Source: Candidatus Gottesmanbacteria bacterium RIFCSPLOWO2_01_FULL_43_11b (GTDB lineage Bacteria > Patescibacteriota > Microgenomatia > UBA10105 > UBA927). From it: a stretch of 64,000 nt of DNA. Location of the stretch: the NCBI GenBank assembly GCA_001780985.1, contig MFJV01000001.1, forward strand, positions 835,497 to 899,496. Reading direction: 5' to 3'. Under the pieces are notes generated by a model. It made no database searches, was not told the origin of the DNA, and worked only from the letters and a program-made list of their open reading frames with translations. Positions 37,783-46,971 of the stretch are shown one piece after another; position 1 is the first letter of the stretch; every line of letters begins with the position of its first letter. Both the position numbers and the translations under genes were made by a program.

Positions 37783-38182
37783 GGTGGTCTAGGTATCTTT
37801 TTGCTTTTTCATAACCCGGATAGGGGCCTTGTTTCACTTCAAAAATGACTGTATCCTCGAGCATCTTAAATCCGTGTCCGCCTGCTGCTAAAAATATTTT
37901 ATCTCCCCCGGATAGCGTTACTTTGTGAACACGTTTTCCGTTTGGCGCATAGAGATCGACAATGAGTTTTCCTCTTTCAACCACTAAAACCTCCTGTGTT
38001 GCCCGTACGGTTTTTACCGGTTCATTATGCATATGCGGTCGTATAGTTTCACCGGACTTTTTAACAATCGTACCTATTTGGAATGGGGCAGTGGAAGGAG
38101 AGTAAAACGTGGTTTTAGAGGGAGTCTTGTTACCCCGAATAATAATTGCGAGTAACAGCCGACGGTAATAAATTTTAGACAT
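37769..38182 (-). CDS. small cupin-fold protein (possibly WbuC-like), no clear ketoisomerase motif
   Basis: About 137 aa from the internal Met MSKIYY. GETIRPHMHNEPVKTVRATQEVLVVERGKL..KIFLAAGGHGFKMLEDTVIFEV fits a generic cupin metal-site pattern. Sits immediately upstream of, and overlapping, the DegT gene. Confidence 0.55.
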   Translation of the reverse strand: MSKIYYRRLLLAIIIRGNKTPSKTTFYSPSTAPFQIGTIVKKSGETIRPHMHNEPVKTVRATQEVLVVERGKLIVDLYAPNGKRVHKVTLSGGDKIFLAAGGHGFKMLEDTVIFEVKQGPYPGYEKAKRYLDHHDSR

Positions 38183-39080
38183 AATCTTGTTTTTTTCGTG
38201 ACATCGATGTGACGAGTTCCGCAATAAGCCCTACGGAAATAAGCTGGACTCCGATGACCATGAGGAGTATGCCGGCAAGGAGTAACGGAATATGATGGCC
38301 AACACTTCCGGTAGTAACGCGTATATACGTAACATATGCGTTCATCACAAAACCGATAGAGGTAAGAAGAAATCCATAAAGACCAAAAAAATGAGCAGGC
38401 TTACCTTCGTAATGGGTAAGGAAGAGCACAGTAAGCAGGTCTATTACGGCTCTCCAGCTCCTTCCCAGACCAAATTTTGATTTGCCGAACTTTCTCTTTC
38501 GATGAGCAACCGGAAGTTCCGTAACTTTGTATTTAAGTTTCGCAGCAAGTATAGGGATAAACCGGTGGAGTTCACCATGAAGATTAAGGGATTTTGCAAC
38601 ATTTCCCGTCATGGCTTTGAGGCCGCAATTATAATCATGGAGCGGAACTCCTGAAAGAAACCGAGTTCCGACGTTAAATAGGTAGCTTGAAATTTTCTTT
38701 TCGACACTGTCTTTTCTTTCTTTCCGCCACCCAACAACCAGATCGTACCCGTCGTTAAGTTTCTCTATTAGTTTTATTATTTCTTTTGGATTATCCTGCA
38801 GGTCAGCATCAAGGGTGACGACAACATTCCCTTTTGCTTGTGAAAATCCGTATGCGAGCGCTTCGGACTTGCCAAAATTTGCGCGGAAGTGGAAAACGCG
38901 AACGTGTTTATTTTTCCGTGCAACGGATTCTAATGCTATTTTCGTTTTGTCAGTTGATCCGTCATTAACAAAAAGTATTTCATACGGTTCTCTTACGGTT
39001 TTGAGGATCGCGAAGAGCTCATCGGTTAGATGCGGAAGAGATTCCGCTTCATTTTTGACAGGAATAACAATACTTATCAT
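38175..39080 (-). CDS. GT2 polyprenol-phosphate glycosyltransferase (GtrB/ArnC/DPM1-like) with C-terminal TM anchor
   Basis: Start at internal Met MISIVIPVKNE. ILFVNDGSTDKT..VTLDADLQD..GLKAM, then two C-terminal TM helices (LLAGILLMVIGVQLISVGLIAEL). Confidence 0.8.
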   Translation of the reverse strand: MISIVIPVKNEAESLPHLTDELFAILKTVREPYEILFVNDGSTDKTKIALESVARKNKHVRVFHFRANFGKSEALAYGFSQAKGNVVVTLDADLQDNPKEIIKLIEKLNDGYDLVVGWRKERKDSVEKKISSYLFNVGTRFLSGVPLHDYNCGLKAMTGNVAKSLNLHGELHRFIPILAAKLKYKVTELPVAHRKRKFGKSKFGLGRSWRAVIDLLTVLFLTHYEGKPAHFFGLYGFLLTSIGFVMNAYVTYIRVTTGSVGHHIPLLLAGILLMVIGVQLISVGLIAELVTSMSRKKQDYV

Positions 39081-39130
39081 ATCGTGCTCGAGTATAGAGA
39101 AAACGCAAGGGCAAGTCAACGAATTGAGGG

Positions 39131-39973
39131 TTATTTTCGGGTTCGACCAATAAATAACCATCCAAGAGACACATGAAGAATACATGTCTCTAAGCCCACT
39201 GCGATAGCCCGTGTTACGGAAAATTTTTTAAGGAAATTAAGACCTTGAAGTACGTCTGCAACAACAACAATAACTTTTCCCCGTTCTTTATCCAAGCCGG
39301 ACATTTTATAGGATTTTAGGAAATCAAGCGTGATATCCTCAACAGTAAAGAAGTTCTGTACCATTTGACGAAACTGTTTGTAACTTGGAAGGCGAATATT
39401 GTGGTATGAGTCTCCTCTTCCTAACAGTCGTACGTAGCTGTCTGCAATTTTTGCGGGCAGATAAGACAAGAAGGGGAGTTTAAAATGCGGTTCAATCGGC
39501 CACCATTTATTTGCTGTGGTGATATGCAGTATACCGTCTTTTTTAAGTACTCTGTGTATTTCTTCGAGCATGCGCAACGGTTTATTTACGTGTTCAATAA
39601 CCTCAATTGATGTAACAATGTCAAACGTATTTGAGGGATACGGAATTTTTATCCCGTCGTATTTTTTTACCACTGCGGATATTCGAAGCAACCGCAACAG
39701 CTCCTTCGTTGCTTTTACCTCTCCGTCTCCCACATCGAGTGCTACGGAGCTAGGAAATGTTTGAGCAATTGCACTAAATGTAAGGCCGGTCCCGCAACCG
39801 AGATCCAGTACTTTTGCCCGTTTCGTTTTATACTGGAGGAGTGTATTGACAACTCTTTCTGCTTTAAGCGGTGCAACGCGGGAGTACCCGCGAGCCCAGT
39901 TTTGATTTTTAGCATACTGACTATATTTCCGAATATGGGTATAACTCACTGCGGGGGTTAATTTTACTCTCAT
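39131..39973 (-). CDS. class I SAM-dependent methyltransferase
   Basis: VLDLGCGTGLTFSAIA and FDIVTSIEVIEHV. Confidence 0.8.
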   Translation of the reverse strand: MRVKLTPAVSYTHIRKYSQYAKNQNWARGYSRVAPLKAERVVNTLLQYKTKRAKVLDLGCGTGLTFSAIAQTFPSSVALDVGDGEVKATKELLRLLRISAVVKKYDGIKIPYPSNTFDIVTSIEVIEHVNKPLRMLEEIHRVLKKDGILHITTANKWWPIEPHFKLPFLSYLPAKIADSYVRLLGRGDSYHNIRLPSYKQFRQMVQNFFTVEDITLDFLKSYKMSGLDKERGKVIVVVADVLQGLNFLKKFSVTRAIAVGLETCILHVSLGWLFIGRTRK

Positions 39974-39994
39974 AGCGTGCTATCATAGCAGGAT

Positions 39995-41200
39995 ATGAGA
40001 CTGAATGCACTCATTTCTCTTATACATTCTAAAAAGGCAGCAATAGGCGTTATTGGCCTTGGTTACGTCGGTCTTCCGCTTGCTACGTTAATTGCCCGAA
40101 AAGGATTTCGCGTAACGGGTTTTGTACGCGATCCAAGTAAAATTAATCAAAAAAAAATACGAGTTGCTCACATAGATTCAGACGAACTTAATGAACAGGA
40201 TATATATATTATTTGTGTTCCAACCCCGGTATTCGAAAATAAAAAGCCGGATTTAGGTGCAATCAGAAGCGTTGCACAGCGGCTTTCCCTGGTGCTTCTG
40301 GATGGAAAGCTCATCATCAATGAGTCGACGGTTGCGCCGGGAACGACAAGAGAGGAGTTTGGATCGTTAGGAGGAAAATATTTTTTGGCATGTTCACCTG
40401 AGAGAGTAGATCCCGGAAATAAAGATAAAACTGTGCGAACCATATCTAAAGTTGTCGGCGGAGTTAATCCTGAGAGTTTAGCACTTGCCAAAGTACTCTA
40501 CGAAAAAGTTCTTGATGCACCTGTTGTAAGCGTTTCGTCTCTCGAGGCAGCTGAAATGGTCAAAATGCTTGAGAACACATACCGTGCGGTCAACATAGCC
40601 CTGGTCAATGAGTTTGCCAGACTTAGTGAAAAAACAGGACTTGATGTTGTTGAAATAATCGAAGCAGCAAAAACGAAATGGTCATACCATGCCCATTACC
40701 CGAGTGTCGGAGTCGGTGGTCACTGCATCCCTGTTGATCCCTGGTATCTTGTTGACTTTAGCAAAAAGAAAAACGTGAACCTCACCCTCATTGAACAGAG
40801 TTTAAAGGAGAACGATGCAATGGCACAGGTTGTCGCAGATAAAGTAATCTCTCAGTATAAAAAAGGAGCGACAGTTCTTCTGTATGGACTCACGTATAAA
40901 AAAGACGTCAAAGATATCCGTGAAAGTCCTGTTATTCGTCTGGCTAGGATTTTACAGAAAAACAATATTCGATTTGTGGCTTATGATCCGTTATTAAACG
41001 AACAGGAAATAAAAGCATTTGGTTTTACGCCGGGAAAACTTAAAACTTCGGATATTTTTATTGTCGGTACAGATCATAAACAACTTTCAGGGGATTTTAA
41101 AAGATGCGTAGACAATAATACAATAATTATTGACGGCAGGAATTTTTTCCGAATAAAGGTTGGCAAATCCGTTCTCGGGGTTGGTCGGTCGCTTGTATGA
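39995..41200 (+). CDS. nucleotide-sugar dehydrogenase (UDP-glucose/UDP-ManNAc 6-dehydrogenase family)
   Basis: N-terminal IGVIGLGYVGLPLA Rossmann motif. Catalytic GGHCIPVDPWYL. C-terminal UDP-binding domain. Confidence 0.85.
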   Translation: MRLNALISLIHSKKAAIGVIGLGYVGLPLATLIARKGFRVTGFVRDPSKINQKKIRVAHIDSDELNEQDIYIICVPTPVFENKKPDLGAIRSVAQRLSLVLLDGKLIINESTVAPGTTREEFGSLGGKYFLACSPERVDPGNKDKTVRTISKVVGGVNPESLALAKVLYEKVLDAPVVSVSSLEAAEMVKMLENTYRAVNIALVNEFARLSEKTGLDVVEIIEAAKTKWSYHAHYPSVGVGGHCIPVDPWYLVDFSKKKNVNLTLIEQSLKENDAMAQVVADKVISQYKKGATVLLYGLTYKKDVKDIRESPVIRLARILQKNNIRFVAYDPLLNEQEIKAFGFTPGKLKTSDIFIVGTDHKQLSGDFKRCVDNNTIIIDGRNFFRIKVGKSVLGVGRSLV

Positions 41201-42648
41201 AACCTCTCGTTTCCGTCATTATTCCCTCTTTTAATTCCGCATTGACCATCGGCGTTACCCTTATGAGTTTAAAAAATCAGACATATAAAAACACTGAGAT
41301 TATCGTTGTCGATAAGGGATCAACCGACCTAACGCAAAAAATCTCGGGGAAATTTACAAAAAATGTTTTCACTCACGGACCGGAACGGGCAGCACAAGTG
41401 AATTTTGGGGTAAGGAAGGCTAAAGGGAAATACCTTTACCGAGTAGACTCTGATTTTATCGTTGAACCGGAGGTTATCGAGCAGTGTGTAAAAAAATGTG
41501 AAGAGGAGCGTCTTGACGGAATAGCCGTGCATAATACATCCGCGGAGGGATTAGGTTTTTGGTCAGAAGTAAGGAAAGTCGAACGGAACACATATCGGGA
41601 CGATCCGCTTATTGTCGCGGTGAGATTCTTTACAAAAAATTCATGGAAAACTATCAGCGGATTTGATGAAACCCTGTTCGGACCCGAGGATTACGATTTT
41701 CATAATCGATTTGTCAGCTCCGGATTCCGGTGGGGGAGAGTAAAAGCAATCGAACGTCACCTTGGTGAGCCAAAAAGCATTAAAGATATTTGGAAAAAGC
41801 ATTTTTTTTACGGAAAGCAAATGGTTGGGTATTACCGCAAACATCCCCGTACGGCTTTATTTCAATTTAATCCTGTGAGAGTAAGTTTTGTCCGAAACCT
41901 TGGAGTCTTGCTTTCTTCTCCCACGATTTTTGTCGGGCTTATCATTATGCAGATAGTTAAGTTTACTGCCGGCGGTTTGGGTTTTCTTACAGCTGTCGTT
42001 GTACGTGATGAAAGTCGACTAAGGATTATGTCAACTAAGAGGAAAGTTATCCGATTATACCGCGGCTTAGGTTGGGTAACTTTTTTTACCCGGGTAAGAT
42101 TTTGGACCGGATCCTTCGAGGAGATGGACCGATATATTTCACCCTCAGGTACGATTCTCGATTTGGGTTGTGGCTATGGTATTTTTGCAAACTATCTCGC
42201 ACTTTCTTCTCCCCGACGAAAAGTAATCGGAGTTGATTTGGACAAAGATAAGTTGCGGTATGCCGATAGGGGTATAAAGAACGCAAAATTTCTCTATGGT
42301 GACGCTACGCGTATGCGTGTGCCAAATTTAAAAGGTATAACAATACTCGATGTTCTTCACCACTTAGATTCTTATAGCATGCAGGAAAGTCTGATTAAAG
42401 CATGTACTTCCATGCTTGTTAAGAACGGAAAACTCATTGTGAGCGAAGTTGACAGTAAACCCTTTTGGAAACTTATACTTGCAAGACTCGCGGATTCCCT
42501 GTTGTATCCGGGGCAACCAGTGTATTATGGACATCGCAACCGACTTTTCCCGCTTTTGCAAAAATATTTTGGCGCGGGTAATGTAAGGACATATACGCTC
42601 CATTACAACCCCTTTCCTCATAGGCTTTACATATGTCAAAAAAAATAA
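41197..42648 (+). CDS. bifunctional GT2 glycosyltransferase - TM segment - class I SAM methyltransferase fusion, 483 aa
   Basis: N-terminal VSVIIPSFNS..IIVVDKGSTD..DSD..EDYDF (GT2). Hydrophobic stretch in the middle (FVGLIIMQIVKFTAGGLGFLTAVV). C-terminal ILDLGCGYGIFANYL..ILDVLHHL (methyltransferase). Confidence 0.75.
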   Translation: MKPLVSVIIPSFNSALTIGVTLMSLKNQTYKNTEIIVVDKGSTDLTQKISGKFTKNVFTHGPERAAQVNFGVRKAKGKYLYRVDSDFIVEPEVIEQCVKKCEEERLDGIAVHNTSAEGLGFWSEVRKVERNTYRDDPLIVAVRFFTKNSWKTISGFDETLFGPEDYDFHNRFVSSGFRWGRVKAIERHLGEPKSIKDIWKKHFFYGKQMVGYYRKHPRTALFQFNPVRVSFVRNLGVLLSSPTIFVGLIIMQIVKFTAGGLGFLTAVVVRDESRLRIMSTKRKVIRLYRGLGWVTFFTRVRFWTGSFEEMDRYISPSGTILDLGCGYGIFANYLALSSPRRKVIGVDLDKDKLRYADRGIKNAKFLYGDATRMRVPNLKGITILDVLHHLDSYSMQESLIKACTSMLVKNGKLIVSEVDSKPFWKLILARLADSLLYPGQPVYYGHRNRLFPLLQKYFGAGNVRTYTLHYNPFPHRLYICQKK

Positions 42649-43337
42649 AACAGAAACTTCCCAGTTTTACAATAGCAATACCAGCATACAATGAGGAAGA
42701 AAGTTTACCCTGGGTGCTCAACGATACGCTTCGTCACGCACCTGTTTATTTTTCGGATTTTGAGATAGTCGTTGTGGACGACGGAAGTTCTGATAATACA
42801 TCAAAAATCGTACGTCAGTATACATCAAAAGATAAACGGATCCGTTTAATTCACCAACCCAACAGCGGATACGGCAACGCTATGCTTCGGGGAATTCGTG
42901 CCGCCCGAAAAGATTTTGTTGCGTATATGCCCGCTGATGGGCAGTTTCTTGTCCGGGATATGCGTCATTGTTTCCCTCATATGAGGAACGCAGACCTGAT
43001 TTTGGGATATCGCGGGCCCAGAGTAGACTATTCTGTCTATAGACATATTTTGTCACAAAGCTATCTTTTTCTCCTGCGTTTATTGTACGGACTCAGATAC
43101 AGAGACGTGAACTGGCTGACAATTTGGAGAACACGGGACGTGCAAAAAATGTCCGTTACTTCCCGGGGGATATTTTTGCTTGCAGAAATTGTGATTCGTT
43201 TTAAGAGGAAAGGGCTTAGAATTGTAGAAGCGCCGTCATTTTATAGACCACGGCGGGGAGGGCGCGTGAAAAATACGAAATTTAGAATTGTCCTTCGTAC
43301 GCTTTTGGATGCGCTCCTGTTTCGCCTCGCTCATTGA
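42633..43337 (+). CDS. GT2 family glycosyltransferase (DPM1-like)
   Basis: FTIAIPAYNEEESL..IVVVDDGSSDNT..YMPADGQ. Confidence 0.85.
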   Translation: MSKKIKQKLPSFTIAIPAYNEEESLPWVLNDTLRHAPVYFSDFEIVVVDDGSSDNTSKIVRQYTSKDKRIRLIHQPNSGYGNAMLRGIRAARKDFVAYMPADGQFLVRDMRHCFPHMRNADLILGYRGPRVDYSVYRHILSQSYLFLLRLLYGLRYRDVNWLTIWRTRDVQKMSVTSRGIFLLAEIVIRFKRKGLRIVEAPSFYRPRRGGRVKNTKFRIVLRTLLDALLFRLAH

Positions 43338-43370
43338 TGGTACGAGTTTTTCCTGCTACTATACGAAGAT

Positions 43371-43754
43371 ATGAAATATATAAAAACAGTGAAACCATTT
43401 TATATTGACGAGCGCGGGGAAATGTCTCATTTGCTGCCGGGCACTGTTAAAATAGCGAGTGCAATTGTTATTAAGTGTAAAAGAGGTACTATTCGTGCTA
43501 ATCATTACCATAAGCACGATACGCACTTTTCTTATATGCTTAAAGGCTCCATGGAATATGTGCACAAGGATTTAAAGAAAAAAAACTCAAGAAAGCAATC
43601 GTTTACCGTACGGGAAGGCCAAATTGTTATGACGCCACCCATGTTTGGTCATGCGATGAAATTTCTTGAGGATAGTGTGTTTTTAGCCCTTACGACTGAG
43701 CCGCGAAGCAGGAGCGAGTACGAAACGGACACTGTCCGAATGGAGCTTCTATGA
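43371..43754 (+). CDS. WxcM/FdtA-like cupin (NDP-4-keto-6-deoxyhexose 3,4-ketoisomerase family)
   Basis: 127 aa. RGTIRANHYHKHDTHFSYMLKGSMEY matches the RGxHxHK motif of FdtA/WxcM cupins. Confidence 0.7.
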   Translation: MKYIKTVKPFYIDERGEMSHLLPGTVKIASAIVIKCKRGTIRANHYHKHDTHFSYMLKGSMEYVHKDLKKKNSRKQSFTVREGQIVMTPPMFGHAMKFLEDSVFLALTTEPRSRSEYETDTVRMELL

Positions 43755-44995
43755 AAGGAGCAGTGCATAAAAGAACGACATGTCGAGCATGCAAAAACAC
43801 AAAGTTAACAAAGGTATTGTCTTTAGGACCGACGCCTCTTGCAAATGCTTTTCTCACAAAAGAAATGCTCGACAAAGAGGAAATGTTTTATCCACTTGAT
43901 GTCTATTTCTGTCAGAATTGCCATTTTCTTCAACTCGGTCATGTGGTTAGGCCGGAAATTCTTTTTAAAAATTATGTCTATGTTTCAAGCACGTCGCCCG
44001 TATTCGTTGAACACTTTCATGACTTCGCGCATGATCTTATACAACGGTTTGACTTGGATCAAAAATCGTTGGTTGTTGATATCGGCAGTAATGACGGAAT
44101 ACTTCTTAAACCCCTTAAAGAACATAACCTTCGTACACTGGGTATCGAGCCTGCGCAAAATATTGCGGCAAGAGCGAATAAAGACGGTATCAAAACCATT
44201 GCAAAATTTTTTACTACCGCTCTTGCACGGTCTATAGGTAAAGCATACGGTCAAGCATCGGTTGTGACTGCCAATAACGTATTTGCACATATTGACAATC
44301 TGGACGAAGTTATTGAAGGAACAAAAATTCTTCTTAAAAAAAACGGCGTTTTTGTCGTTGAGGCGCCGTATTTGGTAGATTTTCTTACCAAAAACTATTT
44401 TGATCTTGTCTATCACGAACACCTTTCGTATCTTTCGGTGAAACCGCTCCAAACACTCTTTCACCGATTTGACATGGAGATTTTTGATGTACAAAAAGTT
44501 CCGGTCCACGGAGGATCCATTCGCGTTTTTGTAAAGGGAAAAGGTGCGGCTTACAAACAAACAGCGCGTCTCAGTCATTTCCTAAAACTTGAAAAAAGGA
44601 TGCGCCTTGATAGAGTAGAGACATATTTTACCTATGCGGACAAGGTGCGAATTAACAAAACAAAACTCATTGCTCTCCTGACCAAACTTAAACATCAGGG
44701 GAAATCTATTGCCGGCTACGGTGCTCCCGCCAAAGGAAATACACTGCTCAATTACTTCGGAATCGGTACGGATTATATCAATTACATTATCGACGACAGC
44801 CCGTATAAACAAGGATTATATTCACCCGGGAAGCATATTCCCGTGGTAGCTTCCGCTATGTTAGCCAAGCAAAAACCTGATTACCTTCTTCTTCTTGCCT
44901 GGAATTTTGCCAAACCCATAATGGAAAAACTCCAAGACTATCAGCATCAGGGGGGAAAGTTCATAGTCCCTGTTCCAAGACCCAAAACTGTCTAA
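43751..44995 (+). CDS. NDP-hexose C-methyltransferase (TylC3/NovU-like; Zn-ribbon + SAM MTase + C-terminal domain)
   Basis: N-terminal CRACKN...CQNCHF zinc ribbon. VVDIGSNDGILL motif I. 414 aa three-domain layout typical of sugar 3-C/5-C methyltransferases. Confidence 0.75.
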   Translation: MKGAVHKRTTCRACKNTKLTKVLSLGPTPLANAFLTKEMLDKEEMFYPLDVYFCQNCHFLQLGHVVRPEILFKNYVYVSSTSPVFVEHFHDFAHDLIQRFDLDQKSLVVDIGSNDGILLKPLKEHNLRTLGIEPAQNIAARANKDGIKTIAKFFTTALARSIGKAYGQASVVTANNVFAHIDNLDEVIEGTKILLKKNGVFVVEAPYLVDFLTKNYFDLVYHEHLSYLSVKPLQTLFHRFDMEIFDVQKVPVHGGSIRVFVKGKGAAYKQTARLSHFLKLEKRMRLDRVETYFTYADKVRINKTKLIALLTKLKHQGKSIAGYGAPAKGNTLLNYFGIGTDYINYIIDDSPYKQGLYSPGKHIPVVASAMLAKQKPDYLLLLAWNFAKPIMEKLQDYQHQGGKFIVPVPRPKTV

Positions 44996-45002
44996 TAATT
45001 TT

Positions 45003-46064
45003 ATGCACCCGATTATTCGTCAGGATATACGTCAAATTATCAAAGATATAAAAAAAGAAGCAAGACTGATGGAAGGAAAAACACTTCTTATATCAGGTGG
45101 TGCCGGTTTTTTGGGAAGTTACATTGTCGCGACTATTTCTCTTTTAAACACAAGTCTTTTTAAATCTCCATGTAGGGTTATTGTTGTCGACAATTACATT
45201 ACCGGTAAAAGAAAACGGGATTTAGAATCTCTAGACGACAAAAATATAGAATTCATAACTCATGATATAACCAAACCAATAATTATTGATAAAACAATTG
45301 ACTATATTATTCATGCGGCGGGTTTGGCGTCGCCGGTATATTATAGGAAATTTCCCCTAGAAACCATCGAGGCAGCAATTTTTGGCGCAAAGAATCTTTT
45401 GGAATTGGCAAGGAAAAAGAAAGTTAAAAGCTTTCTCTTTTTTAGTTCAAGCGAAATTTACGGGGATCCTGATCCCAATTTTATTCCAACACCGGAAACA
45501 TACCGCGGTAACGTCTCTCCAATTGGTTCCCGCGCTTGTTATGATGAATCCAAAAGACTGGGAGAAACCATTTCTATAACGTATTTCGACAAATACAAAG
45601 TACCGGTTAAAATTGTACGACCATTTAATGTGTATGGACCCGGAATGAGGCCCGATGATTATCGGGTAATTCCTACCTTTTTAATGAGGGCGCTCGAAAG
45701 AAAACCTTTACCGGTCCATGATGAGGGTAATCAGACGCGAACATTCTGTTACATAAGCGACGCGACGACGGCATTTTTAAAGGTACTTCTTTCTCACAAA
45801 TCGGGAGAAGTGTATAACGTCGGCAGTGATGATGACGAAATAAATATGATGAGTCTCGCTCAAATTGTTGCGGACGTCTCACCGAAAAAAGTAGAAATAA
45901 AAAGAATTCCGTATCCGGAAAACTACCCTAAAGATGAGCCGCGCAGACGCCGCCCCGATCTTTCTAAAATTAAAAATATTCTCAACTACCGGACACGCGT
46001 GAGTCTGAGAACCGGACTCGCCCGTACGCTCCGATGGTTTGCAAGCCAGTTAGAAAAGCAATAG
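45003..46064 (+). CDS. UXS/ArnA-type NAD-dependent sugar nucleotide decarboxylase/dehydratase SDR
   Basis: ISGGAGFLGSY. SSSEIYGDPDPNFIPTPETYRGNVSPIGSRACYDESKRLGE is the UXS-like signature. 40-aa N-terminal extension. Confidence 0.75.
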   Translation: MHPIIRQDIRQIIKDIKKEARLMEGKTLLISGGAGFLGSYIVATISLLNTSLFKSPCRVIVVDNYITGKRKRDLESLDDKNIEFITHDITKPIIIDKTIDYIIHAAGLASPVYYRKFPLETIEAAIFGAKNLLELARKKKVKSFLFFSSSEIYGDPDPNFIPTPETYRGNVSPIGSRACYDESKRLGETISITYFDKYKVPVKIVRPFNVYGPGMRPDDYRVIPTFLMRALERKPLPVHDEGNQTRTFCYISDATTAFLKVLLSHKSGEVYNVGSDDDEINMMSLAQIVADVSPKKVEIKRIPYPENYPKDEPRRRRPDLSKIKNILNYRTRVSLRTGLARTLRWFASQLEKQ

Positions 46065-46068
46065 TCAT

Positions 46069-46971
46069 ATGCCGCGCACAATACTTGCACTTATCGGTCA
46101 TGGACAGTGGGGTAAAAATTACCTTACGACTGCTCAAGAAATTCCTGAATGCCATATTAAATACGTTTGTTCAAGAGACTACAAAAAACTCCTCCGATAT
46201 AAAGAGATCGACGGGATTATTATCGCCACACCTCCGTCAACACATTTCGATATTGCAAGCTTCTTTCTCCTTCATGCAATGCCTCTCCTTATTGAAAAAC
46301 CTTTAACCACAGGATATCAAGATGCATTAAGACTTTTGAGAATGCACAAAGAGAGCGCGCCAGTCGTGTTGGTTGGACATATTTTTTTCTACAACCCGGC
46401 CTTTTTAAGGCTGAAAACCTTAGTGCCTCACATCGGGACACTGGTCTCCATAGATAGCGAGGGAACAAATTTTGGTCCAATGCGCAGTGACGTATCTGCG
46501 TTATGGGATTGGGCCCCTCATGAAATTTCTATGGGGATGAGTCTTATGGGAGCATCGCCTTCGGCGGTTCAAGGGTGGTCTCTTCGAACAAAAATATCCG
46601 GACGCGAAACAGACGATATGGTATATATGAAACTTGTCTTTGGAAAAATTTCTATGTTTTCAAAAATCGGTTGGTTGTCACCGATAAAAACACGACGTTT
46701 TACCGTTACAGGGACACATGGCGCTATCATTTTTGATGATATGCACCCCGTCCGTAAATTGAAACAGTTAAGTGGAGCTTTGCGTGCTGTTATTTCTTAT
46801 CCTTCCTACGAAAAAACAGCGCCGCTCGAAAATCAATTGCGTGAATTCATTTCGTGTATCCGCTTGAAGCGAAAACCCCGCACAGACCTTGCACACGGGG
46901 TCGAGTGCGTACGCGTTATCGATGCGGTTGAACGGTCAATACGGCAAAAAGGCAAATATATCTCTCTTTGA
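46069..46971 (+). CDS. Gfo/Idh/MocA-family NAD(P)-dependent sugar oxidoreductase
   Basis: ALIGHGQWGKNY N-terminal Rossmann motif. EKPL motif (LLIEKPLTT). Confidence 0.75.
   Translation: MPRTILALIGHGQWGKNYLTTAQEIPECHIKYVCSRDYKKLLRYKEIDGIIIATPPSTHFDIASFFLLHAMPLLIEKPLTTGYQDALRLLRMHKESAPVVLVGHIFFYNPAFLRLKTLVPHIGTLVSIDSEGTNFGPMRSDVSALWDWAPHEISMGMSLMGASPSAVQGWSLRTKISGRETDDMVYMKLVFGKISMFSKIGWLSPIKTRRFTVTGTHGAIIFDDMHPVRKLKQLSGALRAVISYPSYEKTAPLENQLREFISCIRLKRKPRTDLAHGVECVRVIDAVERSIRQKGKYISL

Noticed and set aside
37153-37848. 231-aa plus-strand ORF (Cys/His/Phe-rich) antisense to the DegT aminotransferase
   Set aside because: Lies entirely inside a strongly supported minus-strand gene. Low-complexity composition, no homology pattern and no start context. 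Typical antisense artefact of AT-rich codon usage.
39995-41200. Considered calling the dehydrogenase specifically UDP-glucose 6-dehydrogenase (Ugd)
   Set aside because: The GGHCIPVDP active-site context is also typical of UDP-ManNAc and UDP-GlcNAc 6-dehydrogenases (WecC, TviB). Substrate cannot be assigned by eye, so only the family was called.
43985-44578. 197-aa minus-strand ORF inside the C-methyltransferase gene
   Set aside because: Antisense to a well-supported CDS. Lys/Phe/Asn-rich, as expected from reverse-complemented AT-rich coding sequence.
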